The notes beneath the pieces were generated by a model. It worked only from the letters and a program-made list of their open reading frames with translations. It had not been told where the DNA came from and searched no databases. Positions 37,745-51,426 of a stretch of 64,000 bases of DNA are shown here, one piece after another. Source of the stretch: the human T2T-CHM13v2.0 reference genome, Homo sapiens. Where the stretch lies: the NCBI RefSeq assembly GCF_009914755.1, contig NC_060931.1; one strand, given 5' to 3'. Every line of letters starts with the position of its first letter. Within the stretch, counting starts at the first letter, position 1. Made by a program: the position numbers and the translations under genes.

Positions 37745-39400
37745 TTTTTTCTCTTTTAATTTTAGTTGACATGTACTAATTGTACATATTTATGGGGTAG
37801 AGAGTAATATTTTGATACATGCATACAATGTGTAATGATCATGGTAATAAGGATAACCAGTACCTCAAACATTTCTTTGTGTTGGGAACATGTAAGATTC
37901 TCTCTTCTAGCTTTTTGAACATATGCAATGTTATTGCTAATTATAGTCACCCCCCAGTGCTATAGAACACTAGGATTTATTCCTCCCCTTTAGCTGTATT
38001 GTACCCATTATCTGGCCTCTCCCTATCCTTCTCTCCTCCCATCCTTCCTACTCTCTAATAATCATAACAATAATTCCTCTCTCTGTGATTTCAATTTTTT
38101 TAGCTCTCACATATGAGTGAGAACATGAGATGCTTGTCTTTCTGTGCTTGCCTTATTTCCCATAAGATAATGGCCTCTAGTTCCATCCATGTTGTTGCAA
38201 CAAACAAAATGACTCCATTTTTCTTATGACTGAGTAGTATTCCGTTGTGTATATACACCACATTTTTTTAATCCATTCATCTGTTGATGGACATTTAGAC
38301 TGACTCCATACCTTGGCCATTGTGAATAGTGCTGCAATAAACACGGGATGCAGATATCTCTTTGATATATACTGATTTTTTTCCTTTGCTGTATCCTATA
38401 TGTATTGCTGTATCCTATGTGTATTAGTCCATTTTCACGCTGCTGATTAAGACATATCCAAGACTAGGTAATTTATAAAGGAAAAGAAGTTTAATGGATT
38501 CTTAGTTCCGCATGGCTGGGGAGGTCTCACAATCATGGTGAAAGGCGAAAGCCACTTCTTACATGGTAGCAGCAAGAGACAATGAGAGACAAGGGAAAGG
38601 GGAAACCCCTTATGAAATCATCAGGTCTTGAGAGACTTATTCACTACCACGAGAACAGTAGGGGGGAAATCTGTCACCGTGATTCAATTATCTCCCACTC
38701 GATCCCTCCCACAACACGTGGGAATTATGGGAGCTACAAATCAAGATGAGATTTGAGTGGGCTCACAGCCAAAGCATATCACTATGGTAGTTCTATTTTT
38801 AGTTTTCTAAGAAACCTCCATACTGTTTTTCATAATGGCTGGACTAATTTACATTCTCACCAAGAGTTCCCTTTTCCCACATCCTTGCCAGTGCTTGCTG
38901 TTTTTTGTCTTTTGATAACAGCAATTCTAACTGGGGTGAAGGATATCTTATTGTGGTTTTGATTTGCGTTTCCCTGATGATTAGTAAAGATGAGTATTTT
39001 TTTCATAGACCCCTTGGTCACTTGTATGTTTTGACAGCTGTCTACTCAGATCCTTCAGCAATTTTTTGATTAGGTTGTTTTTTGCTGTTGAATTGTTTGA
39101 GTTCCTTGTATATTTTATATATTAATCAATTGTCAGATGCATAGTTTCCAAATATTTTCTCCCATTCTACAGATTTTTGCTTTACTCTGTTCATTGCTTT
39201 TCCTTTGCCATGCAGAAGCTTTTTAGTTTGTTATAGTCCCATTTGCCTATTTTTGTTTTTGTTACCTGTACTTTCATAGTTTTACCCATAAAATCTTTGC
39301 CTTGACCAATGTCCTGTAATGTTTTCTCAATATTTTCTTCCAGTAGTTTTATAGCTTCAGGTCTTAACATTTAAGTCTTTGATCAATTTTGAGTTGTAAA
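37745..39400 (-). mobile_element. L1M 3' fragment interrupted by THE1
   Basis: L1 3' UTR and ORF2 end on the minus strand. Confidence 0.85.
38420..38781 (-). mobile_element. THE1 solo LTR
   Basis: TGTATTAGTCCATTTTCAC...CATATCA; 5-bp TSD CTATG. Confidence 0.9.
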
Positions 39401-41234
39401 ATTTTTTTTTATTCTATAAAGTCATTGCTGCTCATTATGAAATAATACTAAGTGGAAAACTAGAAGTTTCCTTGTGTCTTCCTTCTACAAGTGGCAACTT
39501 CTGGTTTCAGTTTTTTTGTACATAATTCTGTAAATTTGCTAATAATATGGAAGCAAATGTGTGTGTATATATACACAAATAACACATTGGGCTCTGGTGC
39601 CATAATTTTTGATAACTTGCTTTCCATATAGCAATATATTTTGGGTGTTTGTCCATATCAGTACATTTTTGTACTGACCACATCATGCCATGATACCACT
39701 ATATGACAATTTTAAAGGAAAGTTCTTGTTAGTGAATATTTATTTTATGGAAACTTTTTTCTCGACCAAAAATTTTATAGTTAATATCATGTACATATAT
39801 ACCTTGGCATACTTTTGCCAGGATGAAATGGAATTGCTGATGTGAAGGGTATATACATTTTAATTTAGATAGATATTGCAAAATTATCTTTCAAAAAATT
39901 TTGTTCCAATTAATGATCTCACTAATAGAGATGAACAACACTGGTCTTTATACAATTCTGCAGTCATTGTTCACCTGATAGGTGAAAATGACATCTTGTT
40001 TTAACTTGGTTTCTAATCAGTAATGTTGACATTTTTTTCATAGTTTATTATGGGTATCTTTTATTTTTTTTCAGAGTAAACTTTGTTTTCTCATTTATAC
40101 TTAAATTCGATTTTAGTAGACTGTTGCCATTTCTAAAATTTAAGATATGGCTTTTTAGATACCAATAGATTATAGTGTGAAAAGAGGAACCAAAGATTAG
40201 CATTAAAAAGGATATTTTTTATCTCTTTATATTTTATATGTGGCATTTGTCTATGATAATCATCATTATATTTTTAAAGTACATCAGTTACAAGGAATTA
40301 CAAATTCATCTATCTGCTGACTCTCATTGCTTTTATAAGGGCATAAGGCTATACAAAGTTTTGGCAAATTACTTTTTTATAAGAAATATCATTTAAATAA
40401 AATTCAAAAGTTCATGAGCCCAATTCAAAAGTTTTTCATGGGAAGCCCAATTCTTGTAGCAGGATATAGGGAGAAGAGCAAGCTAATCCCAGTTTAGCAA
40501 TTTGTAAGCTGCTGACTTTGGGAAACTTACTTAACCTCTCTGAGTTTATTTCCTCAAATAGAAGGTCAATTGTTTAGAAGACTAGAGAAAGTAAACAAAA
40601 GTTAGCTAGTACAGTGCTTGTTATAAGAATGGTAGGTGCTCAATACATAGCAATGATTATTTATTTGGAGAATGTATCTATTTTCCAAAATTTTTCCTCT
40701 ATTAAATGATTTAAGGTTTATATTTGAAATATAAAATTGACTTAATATTTTTATTTTATAAGACAGTATATTAAGTAAAATGTATTTATAACATCTTTAA
40801 TTTGACTGAAAACTACAAATTATCTAATTTAAGCACTATGTGCCATTTTTTAAAAATACTATATTAGATGTACATGTCAATTATCAGAAAAATATTGGGA
40901 CCTCCATGAAGGTCTTTATATTATCACTGATGCATTACATCTGTAATTAGACTCTATAAATGTTTAAAACATTATGCTAATATAACTTTGCTCATTTATT
41001 TGGTTTCTAATCATTTCAATACAGGATATATTTAATAATAAACCTCAAAGTAGTAGGTGGAATACATAATTTTTATTATGTATCACATATCACTTCTTTT
41101 ATTCTAATTTGCTAATCCTAGATAATAGATATAAGGAAAAGGATAAATATACAATTATGTAATTTTTAGACTATATCATTATAAATAATTTTATTTTTCT
41201 CTGCTAGGTTTTAAATTTTTGACTTTTTAAAAAT

Positions 41235-41415
41235 TTTTAGTTTTTAAGAGACAAGGTATCTTGCCATTTGACTCTGTTGCTTAGGCTGGGATGCACTAGC
41301 ATGGTGATAGCTCATTGTAACCTTAAACTCCTGAGTTCAACTGATCCTCCCACCTCAGCCTCCTTAGTAGCTGAAAGTGCAGGTGTGACCACAAGTGTGA
41401 CCCACCACATGCGGC
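41235..41415 (-). mobile_element. Old Alu monomer/fragment
   Basis: GAGACAAGG..AACTCCTGAGTTCAACTGATCCTCCCACCTCAGCCTCC. Confidence 0.8.
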
Positions 41416-42037
41416 ACTACTAGGTTTTAATTAAAGACTGGAGGTAAAGACATTTCTGGGTTTAATATACTGTGCTTATCACTTTGTAAAAGCAGGAAAA
41501 ACTGTTAAAACTGTAATATGTATTATACAAATGTTTTTAAGGGCTGAGCAGCCAAAAATAAATATATAATTTTTGTATCCTGTAGGAAACCTTAATCCTT
41601 GAATAGTTAGAGTTGACTTTAGTGACAAATACTTTTAGTGATGTTCTGTTTCCACATGATGCTGACAATTAGTCTGACTGAAATTGTTAATCACCACTTC
41701 ACAATTCTTCATAAATAAGAAGAGCTTCTGTTTATTATACAACAATCATATGCTTTACATACAACTTCTGATTTAATTATTTTTTTTCCAGTTGAAATAA
41801 CTACACCTTAGATAAGTGACTTGCCCTGGGTCAGACAGCTAATAAGTCCTAGAGGCTGAAAGAAGATCGGAGTGGGTGGCTTTGACTCCCAAGCCTGTGT
41901 ATTCCACCATTATACAATACTGCTCCTGCAAGGATGTGAAGTCAAGTAACATTATAACACAAGGGAACTAGTTCCTATTCCTTTTCACTCCAGGCTTCAG
42001 AATAGCTTCTGACCATGGGTATCCATCCATCATGAAG

Positions 42038-43641
42038 AATTTTTCTTTTGTTGCAATCGCTTTTGGCATTTTCGTCATGATATCTTTGCCCTTGCCTATG
42101 CCCTGAATGGTATTGTCTAGATTTTCTTCTAGGGTTTTTATAGTTTTGGGTTTTACATGTAAGTCTTTAATTCATCTTAAGTTAATTTTTGTATAAAGTA
42201 TAAGGAAGGGGGTCCAGTTTCAATTTTCTGCATATGGCTACCCAGTTCTCCCAGTACCATTTATGAAATAGGGAATCCTTTCCCCATTGCTAATTTTTGT
42301 CAGGTTTGTTGAAGATCAGATGGCTGCAGATGCGTGGTCTTATTTCTGAGTTCTCTATTCCGTTCCATTGATCTATGTGTTTATTTTGTACCAGTGCAAT
42401 GCTATTTTGGTTACTGTAGCCTTGTTGTATAGTTTGAAATCAGATAGGGTATTGCCTCCAGCTTCGCTCTTTTTGTTTAGGATTGTCTTGCCTGTTTGGG
42501 CTCTTTTTCCATTCCTTGTGAATTTTAAAATAGTTTTTTCTAATTCTGTGACAAATGTCAATGATAGTTTAATGGGAATAACATTGCATCTATAAATTAC
42601 TTTGGGCGATATGGCCATTTTAACAATATTGACAAGTGCGATCTAATTAAACTAAAGAGCTTCTGAACAGCAAAAGAAACTATCATCAAAGGAACAACCT
42701 AGCAGAATGGGAGAAAAGTTTTGTAATCTGACCATCTGACAAAGATCTAATATCTGTAGTCTACAAGGAACTTACACAAATACACAAGAAAAAAACAAAC
42801 AACCCCATTAAGAAGTGGGCAAAGGATATGAACAGATATTTCTTGAAAGAAGACATTCATGTGGCCAACAAACAAATGAAAAAAAGCTCAACATCACTGA
42901 TCATTAGAGAAACGAAAATCAAAACCACAATGAGATACCAGCTCACACCAGTCAGAATGGCAATTATTAAAAAGTCAAGAAACAACAGATGCTGGTGAGG
43001 TTGCAGAGAAAAAGGAACATGTTTACACTGTTGGGGAGTGTGCAAATTAGTTCAACCACTGCGAAAGACAATGTGGCTATTCCTCAAAGATCTAGAAACA
43101 GAAATAATATTTGACCCAGCAATCCCATTACTGGGTATATATCCAAAGGAATATAAATCATTCTATTATAAAGACACATGCACATGTACGTTCATTGCAG
43201 CCTTATTCACAATAGCAAAGACGTAATCAACCTAAATGCCTATCAATGATAGACTAGATAAAGAAAATGTGGTACATATACACCATGGAATACTATGAAG
43301 CTATAAAAAAGAATGAGATTATGTCCTTTGCAGGGACATGGATGGAGCTGGAAGCTGTTATCCTCAGCAAACTAACACAGTAACAGAAAACCAAACACCA
43401 CATGTTCTTCTTACAAATGGGAGCTGAACAATGAGAACACATGGACACACTGGGAAAAACAACACACACTGGGCCTGTATAGGGGGAGAGCATTAAGAAG
43501 AATAGCTAATGGATGCTGGACTTAATACCCAGGTGATGGATTGATCTGTGCAGCAAACAACCATGGCACACATCTACCTATGTAACAAAACTGCACATCC
43601 TGCACATATACCCTGGAACTGGAAGGTTGAAGCAAAAAAAA
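42038..43641 (+). mobile_element. L1PA with 5' inversion (inverted 42038-~42630, direct ~42630-43641)
   Basis: ORF2 peptide on the - strand (42373-42618), then on the + strand through 3' UTR and A tail; junction microhomology ATTGA. Confidence 0.9.
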
Positions 43642-44294
43642 TACAATTTTTTTCTGAGTGCTATATCGTAGGGAATAGGTTATCAAGGGCCGTCTGTTAA
43701 TTATTTATATACTTTCAATATGGCTTTTATGGATTAAAGGAGACACTGGCAATTGAGAAAAGAGGAAGCTTAGGTTATTAGAAGTTTGCATCACTTTAGA
43801 ATTTCCTGGGCCTCGTTTATAACATACAATAATGGCAGCAGGGGGCAGTAAGATAATGGCATCAAGTCCCCTGTGCTTCTTCAACAGTAACATTTCTGTG
43901 TCCTTGAAGCCTTTTTGTTTCAGCAAACAGAAATAATAGCTAGTCACAGTGCTAGTCACAGTACGTATCCTGAAGGAAATCAGTCAGCTTATATTTCAGA
44001 TAAATCTGGTATTACAATGCTAAAATCACTATATGCATAATGTTGCTGTTTTGTGATTGTCTGCAAGTTCTTCTGTGTCCTTGAAAGATAATTTTAAAAA
44101 TGTACTTATAAAACTGATTTAAACTTTTTTTCTACAAGTAAATTAATTTTGTGGTTATTTTGTCAGTGAGGGAAATGGTAGGGTAGGAAATTAAGTGATT
44201 AGATATTCCCTGTGATTGTTTTATATATTCTTAGTAGGTATGCTGATAATTTTAAAAAGTAGACTCCAATATAGTATTTGTGAAACAGCATGGT

Positions 44295-44357
44295 GTATGT
44301 GCGTGTGTGTGTGCATGTGTGCACATGTGTGGGTGTATGCATGTGTGTGTGAGAGAG
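44295..44357. repeat. Imperfect (TG)n/(GA)n repeat
   Basis: Directly visible. Confidence 0.85.
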
Positions 44358-44749
44358 ATGGGGAGAGTGTGAGAGCCTCTGGAGACTGCTAAAATGCAAG
44401 AAGGAAGGGGGATGTGGTGGGAGATGGGATTTGGGGCTGGAAAGGTAGGTGTCAGATATGAAGTGTCTTCTGGGTGATGTTAGTGAAACAGCAGTTAATC
44501 CTTTAGCCTGGATTGAAATGGTCAGATTTGTATTTTAAATCTGCAGAGAAAGTACATTGTGGAGAAATTGGGTCTTTGAGTCTGGAGGCAGGAAAACTAG
44601 TTAGAAGGCTATTGCCATTATCTAGGCCAGGGAGGATAAAGTCTTGAATTAGGAAAGTATTAGGGATAGAGAGAAAAGGATAGAATTAGAAATCAATACT
44701 TGGATGATTGGATGTGGGAGGGTCAAGGGAAAGCAAGGAACCTAATTTT

Positions 44750-45183
44750 TTGCAGGGAAGATAAGCCCCAAAATTGGGGCTTAGCCTAGGAAGGTTCTTG
44801 GCTTTGCTCAGGAAAGAATTCAAGAGTGACCCAGAGGCAGAAGAAAATAGCTTTACTGAGGTGGCAGTGTTAGAGCTTCATGACTGCTGCTGCAGAGCAG
44901 GGCTTGAGAGTAGCTGCTGAGGGGCAGTTCTGCAGTCATATATACACCCACTTATAATTATACGCAAACTGAGAGCAGGTTATTCAGAAATTTCTAGAAA
45001 AGGGGTGGTAACGTCTGAGCTATTGGCATGGAAAGAGAAGGCAACTTCCAGGTGTTGCCATGGCAATTGAAAACTGTCATGACGCTGGCAGGCGTGTCTT
45101 ATGGAGAATTGCTTTTGGTGCCTCTTTCATGTTTCAGCCAATCTTCAGTCTGGTCTGGAGTAAAGTCTTGCCTCCTAACCTCA
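44750..45183 (-). mobile_element. ERV1 solo LTR (MER66-like) within an L2 remnant
   Basis: Minus strand starts TGAGGTTAGGAGGCAAGACTTTACTCCAGACCAGA; GCCATGGCAAC and TTCTTTCCTGAGCAAAGCCAAGAACC motifs. Confidence 0.65.
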
Positions 45184-45399
45184 ATCTGACACTAAGTTCC
45201 TTGTTAGGACAATGTCATCGAGTCTTGAGAAAGGAGCACAGGTGGAGAAGCAGGTTTGGGGGATTAGGTTTTGAGCATGTTGTATTTGAGGTGCCTGTAG
45301 GGTATCTTGACAATTTTTTTTTTCAAAGCCATGTTATTTCAAAGCTCAAGAAAAAGATAAGGGCAGTGTCTTTAACAATGGATAATAATAGAGAGAGAT

Positions 45400-45800
45400 A
45401 GTATGTCTAATAGTTTGAAAATATGGTTTCTAGAGCCAGACTACCTGAGTTTGACTTCTAGGCCCATCATTCATTGGCTGTGTAAGCTTGAGCAGGTTAC
45501 ATAACTTGTCCGTGCCTTTGTTTCCTCATCTGTGTGAGAATGAAATGAATTCATATGTGTAAGCTCTTTGATCAGTACTTGGTACATAGTAAGCACCATA
45601 TGCTAACATTGTTGTTATTTTTATTTCAGCTCATATTTTTTGATTACTTGCTCTGGGCCAGGCCTGTGTTAAGAAATTATAGGCATTTTCTCATTTAATC
45701 TCCATAATACCCTGTGATGGTGACACTGTTATTATCTGAAGAAACTGAGACCTTACTCTGACCAACTTTCCCAAAGTAAACCACTAGAAAACAAAGGCTA
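45400..45800. mobile_element. MIR remnants (two, opposite orientation)
   Basis: TAGAGCCAGAC..TTTCCTCATCTGT; TCATTTAATCTCCAT..GAAACTGAG. Confidence 0.6.
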
Positions 45801-45825
45801 GGGTCAAGATGCAAACCAAGGTTGG

Positions 45826-46610
45826 AGTGCCCATTTTTAAAATGGGATTATTTGGTTTTTTACTGTTGAGTTGTTTGAGTTCCTTATATATTCTGGATAT
45901 TAGTCCCTAGCCAGATGAACTGTTTACAAATATTTTCTCTCACTCAGCAGGTTATCTCTTCACTCTGTTGGTTGTTGACTTTGCTGTACAGAAGACTTTC
46001 ATTTAACGTAGTCCCATTTGTCTATTTTTGGTTTTGTTGCTTGTGTTTTTGAGGTCTTAGCCATAAATTCTGTACCCAGGCCAATGTAGTGAAGCATTTC
46101 CCCTATGTTTTATGCTAGTATTTTTATAGTTTGGGGTCTTATGTTTGAGTCTTTAATATATCTTGAGTTGATTTTTGTATATGTTGAGAGATAGGGGTAC
46201 ATTCTCGTTCTTCTGCATATGGGTATCCAGTTCTCCCAGCACCATTTATTGAAAAGGGTGTCTTTTCCCCAATATATGTTCTTGGCACCTTTGTCAAAAA
46301 TCAGTTGGCCATAGAAACATGGATTTATTTCTGGGTTCTCTGTCCTGTTTTGTTGGTCTATGTGTCTGTTTTTATACCAATACCATGCTCTCTCTTTTGG
46401 TTACTATAACCTTGTAGTGTATTTTGAAGTCAGGTAGTGTGATGCCTCCAGCTTTGTTCCTTTTGCTCAGGATTGTTTTGGCTATTTGGGCTCTTTTTTT
46501 TTTTTGACTCACCCAGATTTTAAGATTTTTTCTTCTACTTATGTGAAAAATGACATTGGTATTTTGATAGGGATTGCATCAAATCTGTAGATTGTTTTGG
46601 ATAGTATATC
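45826..46610 (-). mobile_element. L1 ORF2 fragment
   Basis: CCCAGCACCATTTATTGAAAAGG, GTGATGCCTCCAGCTTTGTTC motifs. Confidence 0.88.
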
Positions 46611-46912
46611 TAATAGCTTTGATGTATGGTGAAGGCACTGAAAACTTGGAACCTCAGAGCTAGCTCTGTATTTTAAGAGAGGTTTCTCTTTTTCCTAGAG
46701 TGGTGGTCGTAGGAATTAATAAATTATATCTTCTTCTATGCCCCAGCTTAGTGTTTCCTTAAGTCCTTTAGTCCGGGTTCACTTTCTTTACATGGAGTCT
46801 CCTGGTATTTATTCTGTATATCTCCATTAGTTTGCTAGTGATGCTATAACAAAGTGCCACAGACTAGGTGGCTTAAACAACAGAAATTAATTTTCTTATG
46901 GTTTTCTTACAG

Positions 46913-46963
46913 TGGAGGCTGGAAGTCTGGGATCAAGGTATTAGCAGAATTGGTTTCTTCTGA
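46913..46963 (+). CDS. SPAM1: Alternative C-terminal coding exon of the 511-aa isoform (WRLEVWDQGISRIGFF*); exon continues to 47011
   Basis: Acceptor TTTTCTTACAG; in frame with donor 36639 (495+16=511 aa); donor CAG|GTGACT at 47012; matches the recalled isoform C-terminus. Confidence 0.88.
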   Translation, partial: WRLEVWDQGISRIGFF

Positions 46964-47188
46964 GAGTCATGAGGGAAAAATGTGTTTCAGGCCTCTTCCC
47001 TTGGCTTACAGGTGACTATCTTCTCCTTGTGTCTTCCATATGTTTCTGTCTGTGACCTTGTTTCTTCCCCTTATAAGGACACCAGTCATGTTGGATTGGA
47101 GAATACTCTAAAGACCTCATTTTCACTTAATTACCTCTTAAAGATCCTGTCTTCAAATAAGGTCACATTCTAAGATACTAGAGTTTAA

Positions 47189-47325
47189 GGCTGGGTGCAG
47201 TGGCTAATGCTTGTTATCCCAGAGTTTGGGAGGACAAGACAGGAGGATTGCTCAAGACCAGGAGTTTAAGGCCAGCCTGGACAACACAGTGAGATCCCAT
47301 CTCTACAAATAATAATAATAATAAT
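47189..47325 (+). mobile_element. Alu left monomer (FLAM/AluJ)
   Basis: GGCTGGGTGCAGTGGCT...CCCATCTCTAC + (AAT)n tail. Confidence 0.85.
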
Positions 47326-47721
47326 TATTATTATTATTATAGTAAGGCACTAGGGTTTAAGAACTTCAACATATGAATTTTGAAAGAACACAGTTCAGTC
47401 CATAACAAAATCAGTACCCTTAGAATGTTTATTTTAATTAATAAAGACTTTAACTTAGATGAATCCAGTATATGAATGCATGCATTACAAGTAAAGAAAC
47501 ATATTCTATTCCATAATTTTGTGGTAGCAAACAAAGGAAATACATTTTTGTTCTACGTCCTCCCAGTCTGGTATTCCTTTTCCAATTCATAAGATATTAA
47601 ATAAAGAGGTTTTCTTCCTTCACTTTTTAAGGAATACAGTTTTGAACTCAGTTTTAAAATTAAAATCCATATATGTTTCTGTTTACTCAGCTAACTCTGT
47701 CTCATGATCAATATCCTTTAG

Positions 47722-48479
<758 letters not shown>

Positions 48480-49245
48480 TGAAATCTGAAATTGGAGAAT
48501 GGTTTTTGAGATGGCAGTATGTTCACTTTCCTGTAGACTTTCTGTTTTGATGGTAACATTCTAAAAAGCTGTGCTCACAACAGCATGTTGTAGCAAATAG
48601 AATCAGTTCAAGCTCACAGATGAGACAATGGGCTTGTGACAAGGGAACAACAAAATATTTCAAGACTATCATTGGCTTCACATCACTGAGTTTCATCTTC
48701 AGCAAGGGGAGGTTGTTGATGTCAGCAAAGTAAGGATTAAGAGCCCATGTTTCAATTTAAGGGTTGTCTGAGCAGAAGTACTTTAAAAAGAGTTATGCTG
48801 AGGGTTGTCTGCATATTTCTATATCACGGATTTGTTAAAAAAAAAGTTCATATTCTGCTTTCATTTTCTGTGAAAACATATTCAAAAGGCAATGATTCAA
48901 GGTCCTAGCATTAGTTGACACTTTGCTATAGACAAGCAGGACCATAGAAAGCAGTGAGTCAGATCACACTGCATAAAGACACTTCATCCTCTAAAACTGT
49001 GAAACTCCAAGATGTGCTACTCTGCACCACAGGTGTTTTGTTTGTTCACAAAGTGTCCAGTGAGGCTTATATGTAACAGAAACTTATCAACATTCCAAAG
49101 ATATTGATGGATTTTAAATTTCAAAAAGGACTTGCTAAATAGGAAATCATCTTTGAAGGCATCAGCTGGCTGCATAAAGGATCTTCTAATTCCTTCATCA
49201 CATGTCTCAAAATACTAATTTTAAAAAGCCAATCATCATGGAATT

Positions 49246-49539
49246 ATTTTATTTTGTTTATTTTTTGAGATAGGGTCTCAATCTTTACCCAGGCTGGAGT
49301 GTAGTGGCATGATCTCGGCTCACTGCAACCTCTGCCTCCTGAGCTCAAAGGATCTTCCCACCTCAGCCTATGTGGAGGAGCTGAGACCACAAGCACGTGC
49401 CACCATACCCAGGTAACTCTTTGTATGTTTGGTAGAGATATGTTGCCCAGGCTCTTCTCGAACTCCTAACCTCAAGTGACCCTTGTGCCTCGGCCTCCCA
49501 AAGTATCGTGATTATAGAAGTGAGCCACCATGCTTGGCC
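49246..49539 (-). mobile_element. AluJ
   Basis: Diverged Alu, minus strand. Confidence 0.88.
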
Positions 49540-51369
49540 GATAATTTCATTTTATATAAGCACTACTTTTACCTGCTTCTTCTGCTTCAAACCACACACT
49601 AAATTATTTCTGGGGTACATGGCTTTTACCAATTAACTTGTTTCTATTTTGACAGTATGCTGCTGCCTAGTGTCAAGTCAGATCAAATTTTGGCAACGTT
49701 TTGCCTTTTCAACTCCAGCCTTCCCTTCTTAAAACAGATCTATGCTAATATATTTTTGGAACAAAAAGTATGAGATGCCACTTCAGCATTTTTGGCTTAA
49801 TACTCTTCTCATTAGCAAGAATGTTGTCATAAACAAAGCACATGGGCTTTGGTATTCTATCACACATAGTAGAAAGAAAAGCCAAAGGATATTTGATATT
49901 TTTTGTTAGGTTTTTTTTTTGCTTGTGACATTTTTATAACTTAAGCCAGTTCTAAAGTAAAGATAGATGCTCATTATCATCATCGCAGGACACAGATTCA
50001 CTAATTCCTACCAGTGGGAAGCTGTTCTGACATATCATGACAACACTGATGAGTATACAGTGCTTGTCTACAGGAGCAGCCCATAATAGACATGAAAATA
50101 ATGTGTACAGCAAGACGATTTGGGTAAATAAAATAAAAATCACTGCTGCATATCCGTGTGCATTTCTGTTTGTGAGTGTATGTGTGCATCAGGTACATAT
50201 CCACATGCCTGATTCACAGACCTCCCTTTGATCCCCTTCCGCAGACATCAGGCTAAGATCCCTGCTGTAAAGGAGTGGACAGCCCCTTCAACTGAACCCC
50301 AAATTCAATGTGATGACAAAGATCCATGTGAGCCCAATGAAAGGAGAAACCTCCTTTCCTGGTGGCCTTAGAAAAGGCTTCACAAGGACCCAGTAGATAA
50401 CACTTGAGCTGCAGCTTCAAGGTGGAGTAGAAGTTTATTAAGTCGAGAAGAGGAGAAAGGATATTCCAGGCAGAAACTAAAAAGGGAGATGTCATAATCT
50501 GGGAAATGTCGGGGAGTGTGGGTGACACTAAGAAACTAAAGAGTTACGTGGGAAATGTTTAGCTATCGAGACAGAGCTAACTGCTCAGGCTTGAATTTTA
50601 ACTCTACTATTTATTTCTTTGATCCTGGACAAATTATTTAATCTCTTTTTGCCTCTGTTTTCTCATTTTTAATATGGGAGAGCAGTCGGGGTCAACATGT
50701 GCTAGGCATCTTTCGTTTACCCACTTAAGATTAGTTTAATCCCTCTTTGCCACGCTAAATACACGAATGCCCTCTAAATATGGATACAGCCACTCCCTCT
50801 TCGTTAAGGGTGAGTAACAATAACAATAATAGTAGTAATTCTAGTAGATGAAATATAAGGAACCTCTACTTTATGTCAAGTATTCTAATAAGTGCTTTGC
50901 ATGCACCCTCACATTTGTTCCTCATAATACTTGAGATAGAAGCTGTCATTATGTCCATGATGAGGAAATTGAGGCTTAGATATGCTAAGTGACATAGCCA
51001 CGATGACACAGATAGCAGTAAGAGAGTTGGGACTGAAATCAGATTTTTTCCTCTCTGCTGTGTTTTAAATTTCCCCTGGTGACTGATTTTCAATTGTATT
51101 CGGTGAACTTCATGCTCTGCCCCTCAGGTTGATGCCTCCCGTGGATGATCTGCTCACATCCCATTGGCTTCTTTCCATGAAGCTGCTTCTCAGATCATCC
51201 TGCCCTGCTGGCTGCACACACCTCAGTCTGAGTGCAAGTAATACATGCCTCCACTTGACCTGGAATTGAGGAAACAGCTTCAGCTAGAGCCCAGGGGTGT
51301 AGGACCCTGCTTGTCTGGGAGAAGGAATTTGAGGGACTAGTGAGTTATTGTCAGGCCTGAGTAAAATAC

Positions 51370-51426
51370 TTTTGGCCATTAAAAGTAATGGCCAAAACCA
51401 CAGTAACTTTTGCACCAACTCAGTAG
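51370..51426. mobile_element. MADE1 (Hsmar1 MITE), left arm truncated
   Basis: GCCATTAAAAGTAATGGCCAAAACCACAGTAACTTTTGCACCAAC. Confidence 0.85.

Larger units (their letters stand above)
46826..47408 (-). mobile_element. MLT1 (B/C-like) MaLR LTR hosting the SPAM1 alternative exon; interrupted by an Alu monomer
   Basis: CCACAGACTAGGTGGCTTAAACAACAGAAATT..GGAGGCTGGAAGTC..TATAAGGACACCAGTCAT..CAGTCCATAACA. Confidence 0.85.
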
